A DNA stretch of 59,867 bases, counting the filler, from Catajapyx aquilonaris (lineage: Eukaryota): assembly GCA_000934665.2 (NCBI GenBank). It is 2 parts of 2 records of this genome, joined end to end, with 100 filler letters (N's around TTAATTAATTAA, not from the genome) between each part and the next. Parts side by side here need not be neighbours in the genome. Positions count along the whole stretch, not along the records: positions 1 to 29,875 come from JYFJ02004720.1; 1 more part is not named here. One strand, given 5' to 3'. Made by a program: the position numbers and the translations under genes. Shown here piece after piece: positions 12,914 through 25,240 of the stretch. The notes below the pieces were generated by a model. The model had not been told where the DNA came from, ran no database searches, and was given only the letters and a program-made list of their open reading frames with translations. Position 1 is the first letter of the stretch, and every line of letters starts with the position of its first letter.

Positions 12914-14688
12914 GTAATTACCGTGTCAAGTCCTATGCAGTTTGGTGTTGGGACATTCAATAGATGCTCCCCACTGTTGATAAAAACAATGGAATTGGTG
13001 AAAGAATATTGTGTTATTCGAAGAGGTCTATAAGGGCGTAGGTAGACACTCTCAAAAGCAGACAATGGAGGTCTCTAAAACACTCCAAACCATTCAATGC
13101 GGCAGCTTAGGTTACTATACAAACTGAGTCATTGTCCCCTCCCGCGACTCTATACTCCATCACCCCTGATTCCACTCTCAAGTTTCCACTCCTGCGCAAT
13201 CTTTGTAACCACAACGACCATATACTAGAATGGTCTACTATAGTACCTTCATGACTCTCCATCTCATTGGTCGCGGTATTGTGCAAAAAAGTGTGCGCCA
13301 CACGAAATTACGGACTAGTGAAGTCTACTGAAAAGTGAGCCGTAACAGAGGCAACCCCCGACTTAGGTAGCACCGACTTACGTAGATCCAGACTTACGTG
13401 AATTTTTCTCAATGCTAAAAATACGGAATTGACGGAAGAAACTGGTAATGCATAAATTGCGAGAAAATGCGATAAATTTCGGCTAGTGGCAACTCTAACT
13501 TGCCCGCCGAGACTCATTCCTCACTCAGTTTACATGTGACAGACATTTGGAACCCTCTTCTGAGCCTCGCATGGAATCCCTTTTCGCTTGCAACGGCTTC
13601 AATTGAATGCCACAGTGACTGCAGTATCGATGAATAAGGTCCAGTACATTATACTGTATAATTTCAAAAACAGGTTCAAAGTTACATAACATTCGACTTA
13701 CGTATTAGGTATAAAAGGAACTTGTCAGTGTTAATTTGCGAATAACATCTGACAATTTGAGTATTTTTAATGGCGTCAAAATTGGTCCAGTATTTATTCC
13801 TGTTCCACAAACTTTCCTAACTGTCAGCCACTTGTGAGCTAACCCCATTGACATCGTTTGAGTTCCCGGTTAGAGAAAATGTGATCGACCAACCAACGAC
13901 GAATGCTGGGGAGAAAAAAACCTCGCGTCGCGTCGGTTGCCAGATTCACTTTCTGTAATGGCGGCCTCCAATGGTAGTTTCAAAAACGGAACGGGACGTC
14001 TGTGGAAACCTTGTCGAAGTTGCCTTGTTGATTCCCTCCTCTTCCCCCGCTTACACCTGGTAATTGATTGTTTAACTTGAACGTCTGACGTCGGCCAGTT
14101 ATTTTGTAATCAGCCAATTAGAGAACCAGAGTGTAGAAACACAATCAGTAGTTAACGCGCTTGTCTCTTAATTGGCAGTTCAAAAGGTTGGTGGAACTGA
14201 GTAGGCCCTATTGCCTTTTTAGATGATTATTTATACTTAATGAAAGAAGTGTGCAGGCTAACTGTTCAAACAAACCCATGATCATTAGTCATTCCAGTTT
14301 CATTCAATCGCTAATAAGCAAACTAACTTATGTTATTTCCTGCTTCCAATTTCCAGCAAAAGGGAGGCAAAGGGTCCTTTCAGAAATATACCGTTATGTC
14401 GATATATAGGCAGTGTGCACGAAACTATATTTTCTTAGATATGATGCAATCTCGTCCAACAGATGAGTCGAAAATAATGTAGCTGGGTCTATGTTGGCAT
14501 GTAATATGCAGGGTGGTCAGTAACCCCCTGGATGTTCCTCTTTGAGTAACCTCCCCCGCAACCTGTTGCACTCCCGCATAATGTGGGCAGGACATTTCAT
14601 CGGCCTAATACAGTTATCAAAATAGTATGCATCCTTTTAGAATCAGAGGCATCACGGAATGCGCTTGAAATTAAGTTTGGTGACGTCT

Positions 14689-14761
14689 TCTGTTATTTAT
14701 AGGGCATAATTATCATCTGTTATTTATAGGGAATATCATCTGTTATTTATAGGGCATATCA
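14689..14761 (+). repeat. Short tandem repeat, 3 copies of ~23-27 bp
   Basis: TCTGTTATTTATAGGG(C/A)AT..ATCA repeated three times. Confidence 0.9.
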
Positions 14762-15801
14762 TGCTGGCGAGACTATTCCACAATCATGTATGAGTGGTAG
14801 TTGAGGTGTCTATCCAGCAGGATTTACGCTGCCATATCCAAAAATGATGCGGAGTATTTTGATCTCGGATTAGGTCGAGGATTCGCTTTATGTGACCATT
14901 ATACCGGAGGTGCTGACCACCCTGTATGCAACGTACACGGCAATTGGTGGGGTTTTTTTCGTGTGGGCACCGGGCACGAGTTGCTCTCATTTTGATGGAT
15001 GATTACAATCGGATCATTCGGATAACTAGCTTGAACGTCATAACAACGTCGTGAGGTAGAATAGAATGGCCTACTTGCAAAGAAAACAAGATGGACAGTA
15101 ATTGGAAGTCAGAAAATAATTATGTTCGTATTACTTTCCTTCATTGTATTGTCGTACATGCCGGTATTATAGTAGTGAAAAGGGGGTGTCTACGGAATAG
15201 TTTTGCCCATTATCGCTCTCATTTCTATAGTGCAGGTTGCTGACATTAATATCATTCTGTCTCTTGAAAACGTGACACTCCGAATTTTGATACTGATTTT
15301 GGAATTTCGAAAATCCGAGTTGATAAGTTGTGAATTTGCTATTTTTCGGTTTGCTGCTGCTACAAACCATAATGAAGGTTTGAAAAGCATTATCACATTG
15401 TATTATTTGATAGGAAACTCCTGCATTGAGAATTACATTATTTTCATTAATTTAAAATATTAACTAAATAATAGAGGTTTGTTATCAAGGTTAGCAGCAT
15501 GTAGTCTAAAAATTCAGTCAGACTGCTGGCAATCATCTAGCAATATTTCACTATTCACAATTAGGTCATGAACTGATGCTGAAGATGAGTGAGTCTTCCT
15601 ACTAACAAATAATAAGTTTTTAATAAAGTGGACCAAATCGAATTATCTTAGATTTTCTCAGTTCCAGATTGGAGTTTAAAAAGCCCACTTCACTTTAAAA
15701 TCACATATTATTAGAAACAAATGCCACTAAAAATAATAGTTGTCTACAGCCGTCCCGTCCCGTCGCCATAAACAAATCCTTTCATGAAATCTGGTTTTTA
15801 A

Positions 15802-16302
15802 GGGGGCGCATTAGCAAAAAAAATACGGTAACAATCGGTAACAATGCGAGCCCTTGGCGACCACGTAAACAAACTCGCGTATGCATGGACAGCATATGGG
15901 GATTCGACATGTCTACGCTTCTGCGGCCGTACGGCCGCAAAAATCGAGCAATGGACACAAAAATTACACCAAAAAATAGGACATGATCTGGCGCAGGGCA
16001 CCTTCGGCGTCATTTTACCATTTTCGGCCTAGAAGTGACCTTTTCATCGAGTTGAAGTGAAAAGAAAATGGCGTTCCCGAGAAGCACATTGGAATAACAT
16101 GGCGGCAGGAACACGACAAAGTCGGGAACGCTTCTGCGCCCGTATGTCCACAATTTTAATGCAATCGTATGGTACCACAGTAAAGGCCAAACCTTTGCGC
16201 AGGGCACCTTCGTCGTGATTTTTCCGATTAACTGTGCGTTTCGCCACAAAAAATAACATTCCCTCAAAAATGCGCCTACCGTATTTTTACTAATGCGCCC
16301 CC
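15802..16302. mobile_element. Non-autonomous DNA transposon with TTAA TSD (Kolobok-like), complete copy
   Basis: TTAA|GGGGGCGCATTAGCAAAAAAAATACGGTA ... TACCGTATTTTTACTAATGCGCCCCC|TTAA. Internal direct repeat GCGCAGGGCACCTTCG at ~15991 and ~16197. A second copy starts at 59325. Confidence 0.88.
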
Positions 16303-16449
16303 TTAAGTCATAATAGTCAAGCTCCCTTTTCGCTGCTCTTTCAGATGCCGGTAACGTAGTGCAATAGTAGCTATAGGGCTACAGTCCATGCTGCCTTCTG
16401 GACAGAAACATACAGTACACGATACATGAGGTTCACTGACGGCATGTCT

Positions 16450-17720
16450 GATATCCTCTGAGATCTGGAACATCTCCAAGCAGTCCTATTCAGGGCTGGC
16501 AAGAAGAACAGAAAAAAGGGAATGGGTCAATCTGTGAAGACGTGCCTGTTTGATTCGGAATCGCTAGTGTGGTCCCTGGGCCGTGATGCAAAAACCGGTT
16601 GAATGTGACACGTACAGGTACCGATGCATTTTCTCTCCGTTCTAGTGCTTCCTCCTTACATCAGATGGGTACGCATTACGCTTGCATGGATCTCATGAAT
16701 GAAAGACGGGGAGACCAGGGCGATGAGATTGCATGATCAATCTTTTTGACACTAGTCCCTACGGATTTGTTCCTAGGAATCTGAAAGATTATTAATGCGG
16801 TCCTTCAGTGCGATGTTAAATAATGGTGGATGCCTTTATGAGGCGCAGTGTACACAAAACGGGCACTGCTGACGTGACGATGGCGATCATGTAAAAGAGC
16901 AGGCGGCACTGAATCCGCCCGAGCCTCTAAGGTGCCTAAAGAAAATGGCCTGTCGGAGCGAATGGCGTCGTAAAAGCCCGGAAGACCTTGCCGTTACTCA
17001 AAGGCCGTAACGATATTCTGCTTCACCGCAATACATACGCAGGCATCTTCAAGCTGATGCATCCGAATGTATTGCCATCTCAATTTTACTACTAAGTGAC
17101 ACTTAGATCACCAGTGCACCAGGATGACACGAAGGTTTACTGTTACAAGAGTACGCGTATACCCATCTTCTCATAACGGCGTCATTTCACTGATCGGAGA
17201 GCGTGGGAGGGTGTGAGTAGCAGCATGGGAGATGGACAGATACTCCCAGGAGCCACTTGACGGCCACTAAAAGCTTTACCTCGAAGGAATCAATCCGACG
17301 CAGTACGCTCTTGGTGCTGGAGAACCACTTGGATCGATCAGTGCTTATCGACGACTGGTTTGCAAGCCTCGACTGTCGATTGTGGACCGTTGCTGGTCTT
17401 CTCTCAGACACCCCTTGCACTTGGCCTGACCAGAATTGATTCTAGTCGTTGCTTCAACAGTACCAGGCACCGCTTCCCTGATGAGAACGATCGACCTTTC
17501 CCTTTGTCTTTGCAAAATTCTCTCATTTCCATCGTCAGCGCCTGTACGAGCGTGTAATTGAACGTAACCACATGCTGGGCAACTGTCTCTCTTCAAATGG
17601 CGACGCAATTATGGTTACGTAAAAGTAGGCATTTCCGATGGCGAAAGGAATCATTTTGGGCCTGGCTGCGTTAGAAGGTCTTGTTCAAGCTATCTCTATT
17701 TCCATGCTTTCAAAAGATTT
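16450..17720 (-). pseudogene. Heavily decayed LTR-retrotransposon pol remnant, BEL/Pao-like (RNase H to integrase)
   Basis: Collinear minus-strand motifs across frames: PSMW/GYVQ..TGADDGNER (cf. WxYVxTxxNPADDASRG), DRSKWFSSTKSVLRR (cf. ERFSSWxKLLRV), RPF..GTL, HKGIHH...FQIPR...VKKI (cf. HHCC region), PVRVT (cf. LPxERV). Many stops. Confidence 0.42.
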
Positions 17721-18849
17721 ATGCTGGCCACCCTTTTGAACCTTTAGTCATGTACTTATACACCAAAGCAGAAAGCGATACGAAATAATTGACACCCGAG
17801 TACGTTTCCCGGTTCAATATTCCAAGATGATCACTAATAGGCACAATGCCACAGGAGGAAGTGATCTCGTTAGCCAAGCATCAACCCGGAATTCCTCATT
17901 AGAGTCTGTTGCTCTATGTAAGCATGCATATCTGATCGTCTGTGCCATCCTGTCAGCAATGACAGGAGCACGTAAGGTAGCGAATATTCGAAAGGGAGGC
18001 CGGGGAACAATTTCATGATGCACAAAGGTACTGTATAAGAGGGTGAATTATAGGCAAATATTTTCATTTTATGGTCAGTATATTTTTGACTTCTTATACT
18101 ACTTGTATGTACTGTACACGTCTGACATCAGGGCCAGGCTTGTCATAGTTTGGTGGCCATGGGTAGTAATTACTTTTTCCGCGGGTACTCTTTTTAAACA
18201 GCCTTAGTGTCTGCTGATATGATAACACTCAGGCCAACTGTTTTTATGAGTCATCAATAATTGCTAGCTTACCTTTTATATTATGGATTTTTGTATCCAT
18301 GAAGCACAAAGAAGACAAAAAGATAACTACAGTAAAATAGGAAACACTGTAAATTTGAGTTGAGACAAATTGTCCTTACGATATATAGCTTATATAATAA
18401 TTATATCTACAATATATTCTTTCTTGTATGAAACATTAGTATACCAGTTGTGGCCTTGTTTTAAATGTTTCTCTATAGATTGGTCAATATTGTCATCAGA
18501 ATTGAAGCACGAAATATCAATCCTCTAGCTAACGTGCTAATAATCTCTGACTCGTACTTGATGGGGTTTACCTTTAACGTTTTGTCTGGTGTCAGTGGCC
18601 TTTGTGCCACCATATTGTAATGTTCAGTTCTAACTTGGACATGCTTGTGTGTTGAGTGTCTGACAGTCATCACTGGTTCGTTCGGAACGTAGCAAAGGAG
18701 CTATAATTATACTGACAATATGATATAACAAAATGATGCAGGTCCATCGTGCGCAGACATATACGTACGTGTCACTTGTCTTGTTGGCGGCTTTCAAGTA
18801 TCAGACTATAATCATACAGATATAATAGAGCCAAAATCCGAATTCAATT

Positions 18850-19970
18850 CCGACAAACCGTCTTATCTCAATCCCACCACCTACTGTGAATCAAGCGAGA
18901 TATTTTGTCACGACAAAGCGCAGTCGTGCAAGTGGAGTTGCCATATCGTGAAGGCACGGTACTTGTACTACTTCGAAAGTCCTATACACTGTATATGCAT
19001 GGCAGGGTAATTACGCCCGGTCGATGTAACTGATCGCCTCAAGATATCTCGTTGGTGTGGAGTGTGTGGTGAGATTAAGATAATACGGTGGGCCTGGACT
19101 GCCTCTTGCTCTCGAATGAACTCTACGCATAACAACCTACATTGCGAAAACTTAATATAGTGCAATCACTTGAGTCCGCGATTTGCTCTCGCATATCCGT
19201 AATTAACAAGTTTACGTTGTGAAGGAGAATATTTAACTAAGAAAAACATCCATAAGACTAATTAGCATTCGCGAATGCATGTTCCTGGGTTCTAATAATT
19301 CAGACCCTATATGCCCTACCTAATATGATCGTAAGTCCTGCCCGACTAGGAAGCGACTTATCTAATCTAACCCAGATGACAATCCACTGGGGAGTATATG
19401 AAAAAGCATTAACATCAGTGTGACAATTGGTTCCTAAAATTGCTTTATTCGACATTAATGTTAATTCCGCAGTTACACAGAGTTTTCGAAATGTAGACTG
19501 TACTGATGGACATGCAAATGCTCTTTGTTTCCAAGGTCTGTTATATCCGACAAAGATGCAAATAAAATCTTGTATTTCAGCTGGAACTGCGAATATTTCC
19601 GGTACTAGACAAGTTTCTGATGTGTGTATAGGTCTTGCTGTATAGGCCGGTTTGACCGCAATTCAATTAATATCTTTCGAGAGTTTCAATGAGAAACGTT
19701 TCAAGCGACCACTCTCATTTAAAAAACCCATTTCAGATATATATGCATGATATTTTTATGCCGAGATAGGATTGCCGTATTCATGGAAATGCAGAGTGAT
19801 TGTGGTAGTGTGACAGGATCCAAAGGGCAAGATGATTGATGGGACGGAATTATTATACATAGAAAACGGGATATGGGTAGAGGATGTTCAGGATATTGGT
19901 GTTCGATAGAGTGCAAAAAAAGCGCATTGCACATTTTGTCGTGGGCTTATGGTCCTGAATAAACCCAGCA
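18850..19970 (-). pseudogene. Heavily decayed Gypsy-like pol remnant (RNase H end, integrase)
   Basis: Collinear minus-strand motifs: QDHKP (19943-19954; cf. TDHKPL), LERY*LNCGQTGLYSKTYTHIR (cf. H..GH.G..KT), LPSRAGLTIIL (cf. LPxSxGxxYIL), LITD, ISPHTPHQRDILRR (cf. SPYxPQxNGxxER). Confidence 0.45.
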
Positions 19971-20409
19971 TGACATGAGCCTGGATTTATAATATGGAAA
20001 GCGACAAAATATAGGGCCGTAACTTGTGCCCGAATGCATGAGAAGCGATGCCATCATTTTGTAACAATGTAAAAGGTATTCCAACTGAAATGTCGCAAGA
20101 GTTCACAATTTTTTGCCACTAAACCGCTTATTTTAAGCAGTTATTTTGGAACATTATCTGCTAAGATTAGTTTTTTTTTGCAAAAGTGGGTTCGATTGTT
20201 GCCCACAGATGCCAATAGTTCCAAAGGGCCATTCCCAATCAAAAATTCATCGAAATTAAAGTTTATATATAAGAATCCATACGATCTTATCAGCTAATAT
20301 TCTTGATAACCACCGAAAGAGATTTCTTAAAAACAAGCAGCTTAGAGCCAAAAATGTTCCCACCTGCCTGTGTTTCTAACCTCAAAAGATGAATACGTCT
20401 CAACGCTCT

Positions 20410-20935
20410 TATACTGAGCATGGAAACGGATTGTACGACCTCCGGATGCTACCACCTGGACACAGCTCGGGGGAGGTGGGCACAGAGCTATAAACTACTG
20501 TAGTATCTCCAGCGCGCCTAACAGATGGCGTTCGTCTTGAGATGGCCTCTTCCTCACTGGCACGTAAGGTGCAACTGCTTATTTGATTTTCTTCAGGCGC
20601 CATTTCAGCCCCGCCCGTATAATCGTTCCGAAAGGAAGTATACAGGAACCAAGTCTCATAACCCAAAAGGAGTGATAAGAAGGAAATGAAATCACGTGTT
20701 GAAAGGTTGGCGAGTAATTCCAAGCCCTGTGCCAGAGTCAAAGAATGTCTTTGGCCCTGGTGTACAGTATCGATTTCTCTGGTCAAGATCTCTTCCTTTG
20801 GGTGTTGTCCAGCTGGGCAATCTTGTCACTTGGACACTCTCCACTTCACCGGATTGTGATGTCCGGGGCGGGGTTTGGAACTTCTGGCCACCGTGTCCAA
20901 GTTCCGTGCACCAGAAAGTTGACTAAAGTGCCTGC
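20410..20935 (-). pseudogene. Decayed C-terminal region of a restriction-endonuclease-like (Hero/NeSL-type) non-LTR retrotransposon
   Basis: HGTWTRWPEV (~20888-20905; cf. QGxWTRWExV), FISFLSLLLGYE (cf. RISFLxRSVYD), SCTL, EILQ*FIALCP...GRTIRFH (cf. TLxHILxxCP...GRYxWRH). Stops and frameshifts are present. Confidence 0.38.
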
Positions 20936-23900
20936 AGGCTGTCAGATGCTGAACATGTCACGAGTTCAGCAAGTCACCTCTTTTCCATTTCAATGTGACA
21001 TTCAAAGTGTGTTCTACCTTTACAGAAAGGGTGTTTCCAGTGGTCAAATTAAACAACTATAGGCTATGGAGTTGTGCCTTTTTTTGCTAAGACAAGCGCG
21101 TGGATTTGGTGCTTCTAATAAGGCATTCGTGAACTGCATTATTATCAACATTTGTCACTTATTTGACTCCCATTAGCAAGCCATCGAGAGAAACAGCATT
21201 ATTCTGATGAGAATGACATATCATACGATTAGAACTTATAAACATGATTATAATTATGATATACCTGCTTCGACAACTCCTTGGTTGAGAGGAGAATGAT
21301 TTTGTTGCTCAGCCAAGGCACTCGATGCAACAGAGTTGGTTATGCAGGTGCGCCCTATCATTGTAATTTGCCTATCAAATCATATTAGAAATCTACTGGA
21401 TTGGAATAATATTTTGCCTTATTGAGCCAGCAGGTTTATAAACACCAGATATCGTTCGTATAATTAGGCAATTTTAGACACCTCTGTATGTGGTAATAAA
21501 GACAATATTATTATATGATCATGAGTGTAATTGGGACAAAAACATTTGTGCATTACCTGCAATATTCAGCAAAATACTGTATATATTCTATAGCCCTACA
21601 TTCTAGAGCAGTGGTCATATAGCAGTGGAATTCACTATGAAATCATTTACGTAGCCATATAAAATCCAACTGTATGTGACCTTTGCAAGCAAATGAAGTA
21701 AAATTAATATCGTGAAAACAATTAATTAGATCAGGACAAGGCGCTACAAATTTCCTTGAATATGCGAATGAAAAATAATACTGAAATTTTTTACGGTGTC
21801 TGGCGGCCACTCATTTCCCCTTACTTTTGTCACCTCACCTTCGTGTGTGACAGTCACGAGTTATGTAGTAGCCTATACACCATTGGAAAGCTCATAATTA
21901 CGTATGTTCTTTCCTATGTATATAGGTAACTATATAAGCCAAAAATGTGGCGACAGAGGCGATCATCCTTTCTCCTATACGGACGTGAGGTAAATTCTGA
22001 AACACCCGGTATGTAGGAATTCAGGTGAAAGTAGGTGAGGACCTGTCCGTCTGCCACTCACAAGTCAGGCCAAGTAAAGAGGCCAGGGCAAAAGCATAAT
22101 CTATTCTGGCTATCATCATTACAGTCCCCATAATAATATACCTGGTGATATTTTCACCATAAAATGCAATTTTTTACGAGTCCGTCTGGTAGCAGCAAGC
22201 ACACATGACAGTATATTTTTCCATCACGCTGCCATTCCTTTTCTGGTCTGCGCTACCAGTAAGCACTTGCCCACCTGCTGCGCCCCCCAAAAGCCATCAT
22301 GATCTTGACATACGTAAGGAAGATATATGATACTATCTCTTGATGATACTTTAAAAAGGAGCTTTAGTATGAAGTCACCTCTTTTTCCTATGCATCCCAT
22401 CTGTCACAGTAAAACCATTTTTTCCATACATCCAGTAGTGGTATAAGATTAATGACTACATAACTGCAGGAATGTTCGCTTGTAACATGTAGTAATTGTC
22501 CGTGAAATTATAAAGGTAGCAGTAGAGTACTATAGTAGCACATTTTTGACACATGCCTTATCCTCTTGCTGTGGCCTTACAGATTTTATAGAGTTCATAT
22601 CTCCGTAATTGATTGCTAGCAAACCTTATTACTGTTATCATACGTGTAATTTACTCAACTGAGTTAAAATGATTCAAATTGTATCTGCACCAAAGGCCAG
22701 AGTTTTAGCAATGAAGTTATAGTTGACAGAGCAGTGTAGCTGAACAACATAATTACATGTGCAAATATGAGGCACCGGTAGCAGAAACACTACGTTACGC
22801 AGATCTGCTTAGTGATGCAAAACAGTAGAGTAACTATTTTTATATTGTGTTAACATGTATAAAGAGTTCTGCCAAAACCCATTATGAGTTTTTTTTTCCA
22901 TGCTGCAGGTATTTTAGCTTGTAGCCTACGTACTGTACATATTTGACTACGTGACGCCAAAATCAGTACCAGCATTTCATGTTCTAGTCTACAATTTACA
23001 CATAAGAACCTGCATGCAATGTGGCTGAAACAATAATGCGGGGTCATGAACTTTCTTATTCCAATACTAATTTGAAAGCTACACACGCATTATTACAGTA
23101 GTCTATTTTCAATATTGCCTATCTCCGTGTAATTACAAAGTTATCGACGTAAACCACAAGAAATTGCTGCTGATCTATAGCAGGTATAGTACTGCTCGCG
23201 CTTATGTGCATGAAATGACTATATCCGCATCGTTACTCAGTAACAAAATTACGTCTGCTTGAGGTTGAGCCAGCTGATGTAGTACCAGCATGTCGAGGGG
23301 CAGTACATTAGAGAATTGCTTCGTCTTTAGTACTGTGTAATGCACGCGTGAAGAATGTCCATAAAAACTCATCCGGCCACATAATTAAAGTGTTAGGCGA
23401 CGGATTGTATGCCGGGCTTTTGTGCTGGTGCCGAAATGTCCGGCGGCATCGGCGGGCAAACCACTTCCAAGTTCACTTCCCCCTTGCGAACGTGTTTGAA
23501 AACCGATATGTCCCTAAAAGTTTGTGCCTTGCCAACAACAAAAAAAAAAGTCCGATGGGGAGAGAAATGCGGGAGTTGAAAACTATGTTCGACACTACCA
23601 CCCTTTTATCCTGCAAAGGACTCAAACTGCACGACTCGCTTTAGTTACGAGGAGTCAGCTCATCGAGTTTAAATAGACGCTAAAAAAATCCTGTCAATCA
23701 GGACGTGAATGGCATTCTAAATAGGAGAAAACTGAATCAATGTATTATTTTTTTTGTAAGCGCTTGGAAAGCATGTGCGATGCTATTGGCTTACATGCAC
23801 TCGAAAACAAAGTGTTTGAAGGTATACCCGCAATATATGCCGCCAGTTGGGAATGAACTGTGACAGGACAAATGAGCCACATTATGACTTCATGATTAGA

Positions 23901-25039
23901 GACATTAAACACGAATCAATCTGTCCCTCTACATTGAAGGTTTAAGGAAAGTAATTGTTATTATTAGCTCTAACAAGTATGTATATTACAAGACAAAAAA
24001 GTATTATAGGCCAGGCATTACAGGCTACATTATGCAGTTACGTGTAAGGGAAATGACTTTTTACTGGCCTGTGACAGAATTCCCCATTAACAGCTGAAAT
24101 TTAAATATTGTATGTGCATTAACAGGCTTTTTACTTAAGAGCAATCATTAACTCAGTAACACCGCATCATTGACAGACCAAAACATGCCGCATCATATTA
24201 TATTATTATTAAATTTATCATTAATAGGTTGAGATACATCTTTACGACGGGAAGTTGCAGTAACTTAATGATAGTTAATGTAGGGAAATCCAACGGGTTA
24301 GACGATCCGAAGTTTATGTTTGGTAGCTGAGAGGCGTGTCAGCAAGAATATTTCATATAATTCACATGGGAATGTCATGAATCTTAATTGCCTCTGCACG
24401 CGGTAATGATGCCTCCCAGCCAAAAATGATGGAAAGTAATTTCGTCTTGAAATAGGTCGAAGAATACCGCAATTCACCATTATGCGGCAAATCACTCTTA
24501 AAGATTCTCAATATGAATATTTTGACAAATAATTTTATATCGACAAATTTTTTTGAAGTACGTCCGAGAGCGTGTCGTATACTGCCATCTTTGAAATTAC
24601 TAATTTAATGATTGTTTGATGTAACACCTTACGTAATTTTGTTGCAGCTTGCAGTCCTTGCGTTAATACTGAACACGAGTCTGCTTAAAGGGCAAATTCC
24701 CGTTAGAGCTGCATAGCTAACAAGTAGCGCTAGATCTCCCAATAATGCACTGCCATGTTACACCATACCTTGCCAGCAACTTGCACTCGCCAAAAGATTC
24801 GCTGAAGTGTGCTAGTTTGACGAGTATATTTGCTGACCGAGCCACCTCTCCATCCACCATACCGCAAAAGGGCAATACACGCGGGCCTTCCCAAACTACC
24901 GCAATGCGTAGCATAGGGGTCCTTTCTCTCGACGAAAACTGCATTCTGTGCCATTGCGCCCTTGGAATTGCGACGCCAACCACGTACCCGCCCCACATCT
25001 CCTACCACCCCCTTTTTCCAATTCAGTGCGTGTCTACCA

Positions 25040-25240
25040 TGAAATATTATGAATAAGCCGCACTTCTTAAGATCCTCCAGGTTAATCCTTGTCAGGATAG
25101 GGTGTTTCAAGAAGTCTGCTACTATTTCGGTTTGGGTATCATGACATTCAGTGTGTACACAAGGGAGGTGGTGTCTTGTTCACTGATGTCAATTCTCGTC
25201 GGGTTCAATTTCCGTCCACTTTCATTTCCTGCAGCAGCAG
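25040..25240 (-). pseudogene. Possible decayed 3' end of an I/Nimb-like LINE ORF2
   Basis: Minus strand KTPPPLCTH and LEDLKKCGLF resemble the zinc knuckle and extreme C-terminus of I-group ORF2. Only two short motifs. Confidence 0.28.

Noticed and set aside
13140..13300. LINE RT C-terminal remnant (RPILEWSTIV-like); similar single motifs at ~29220-29330 (RPISV), 40690-40860, 46860-47030 (PQG..FA), 52460-52600
   Set aside because: Each rests on one short motif, often needing an assumed frameshift. They are plausible but too weak to annotate without a search.
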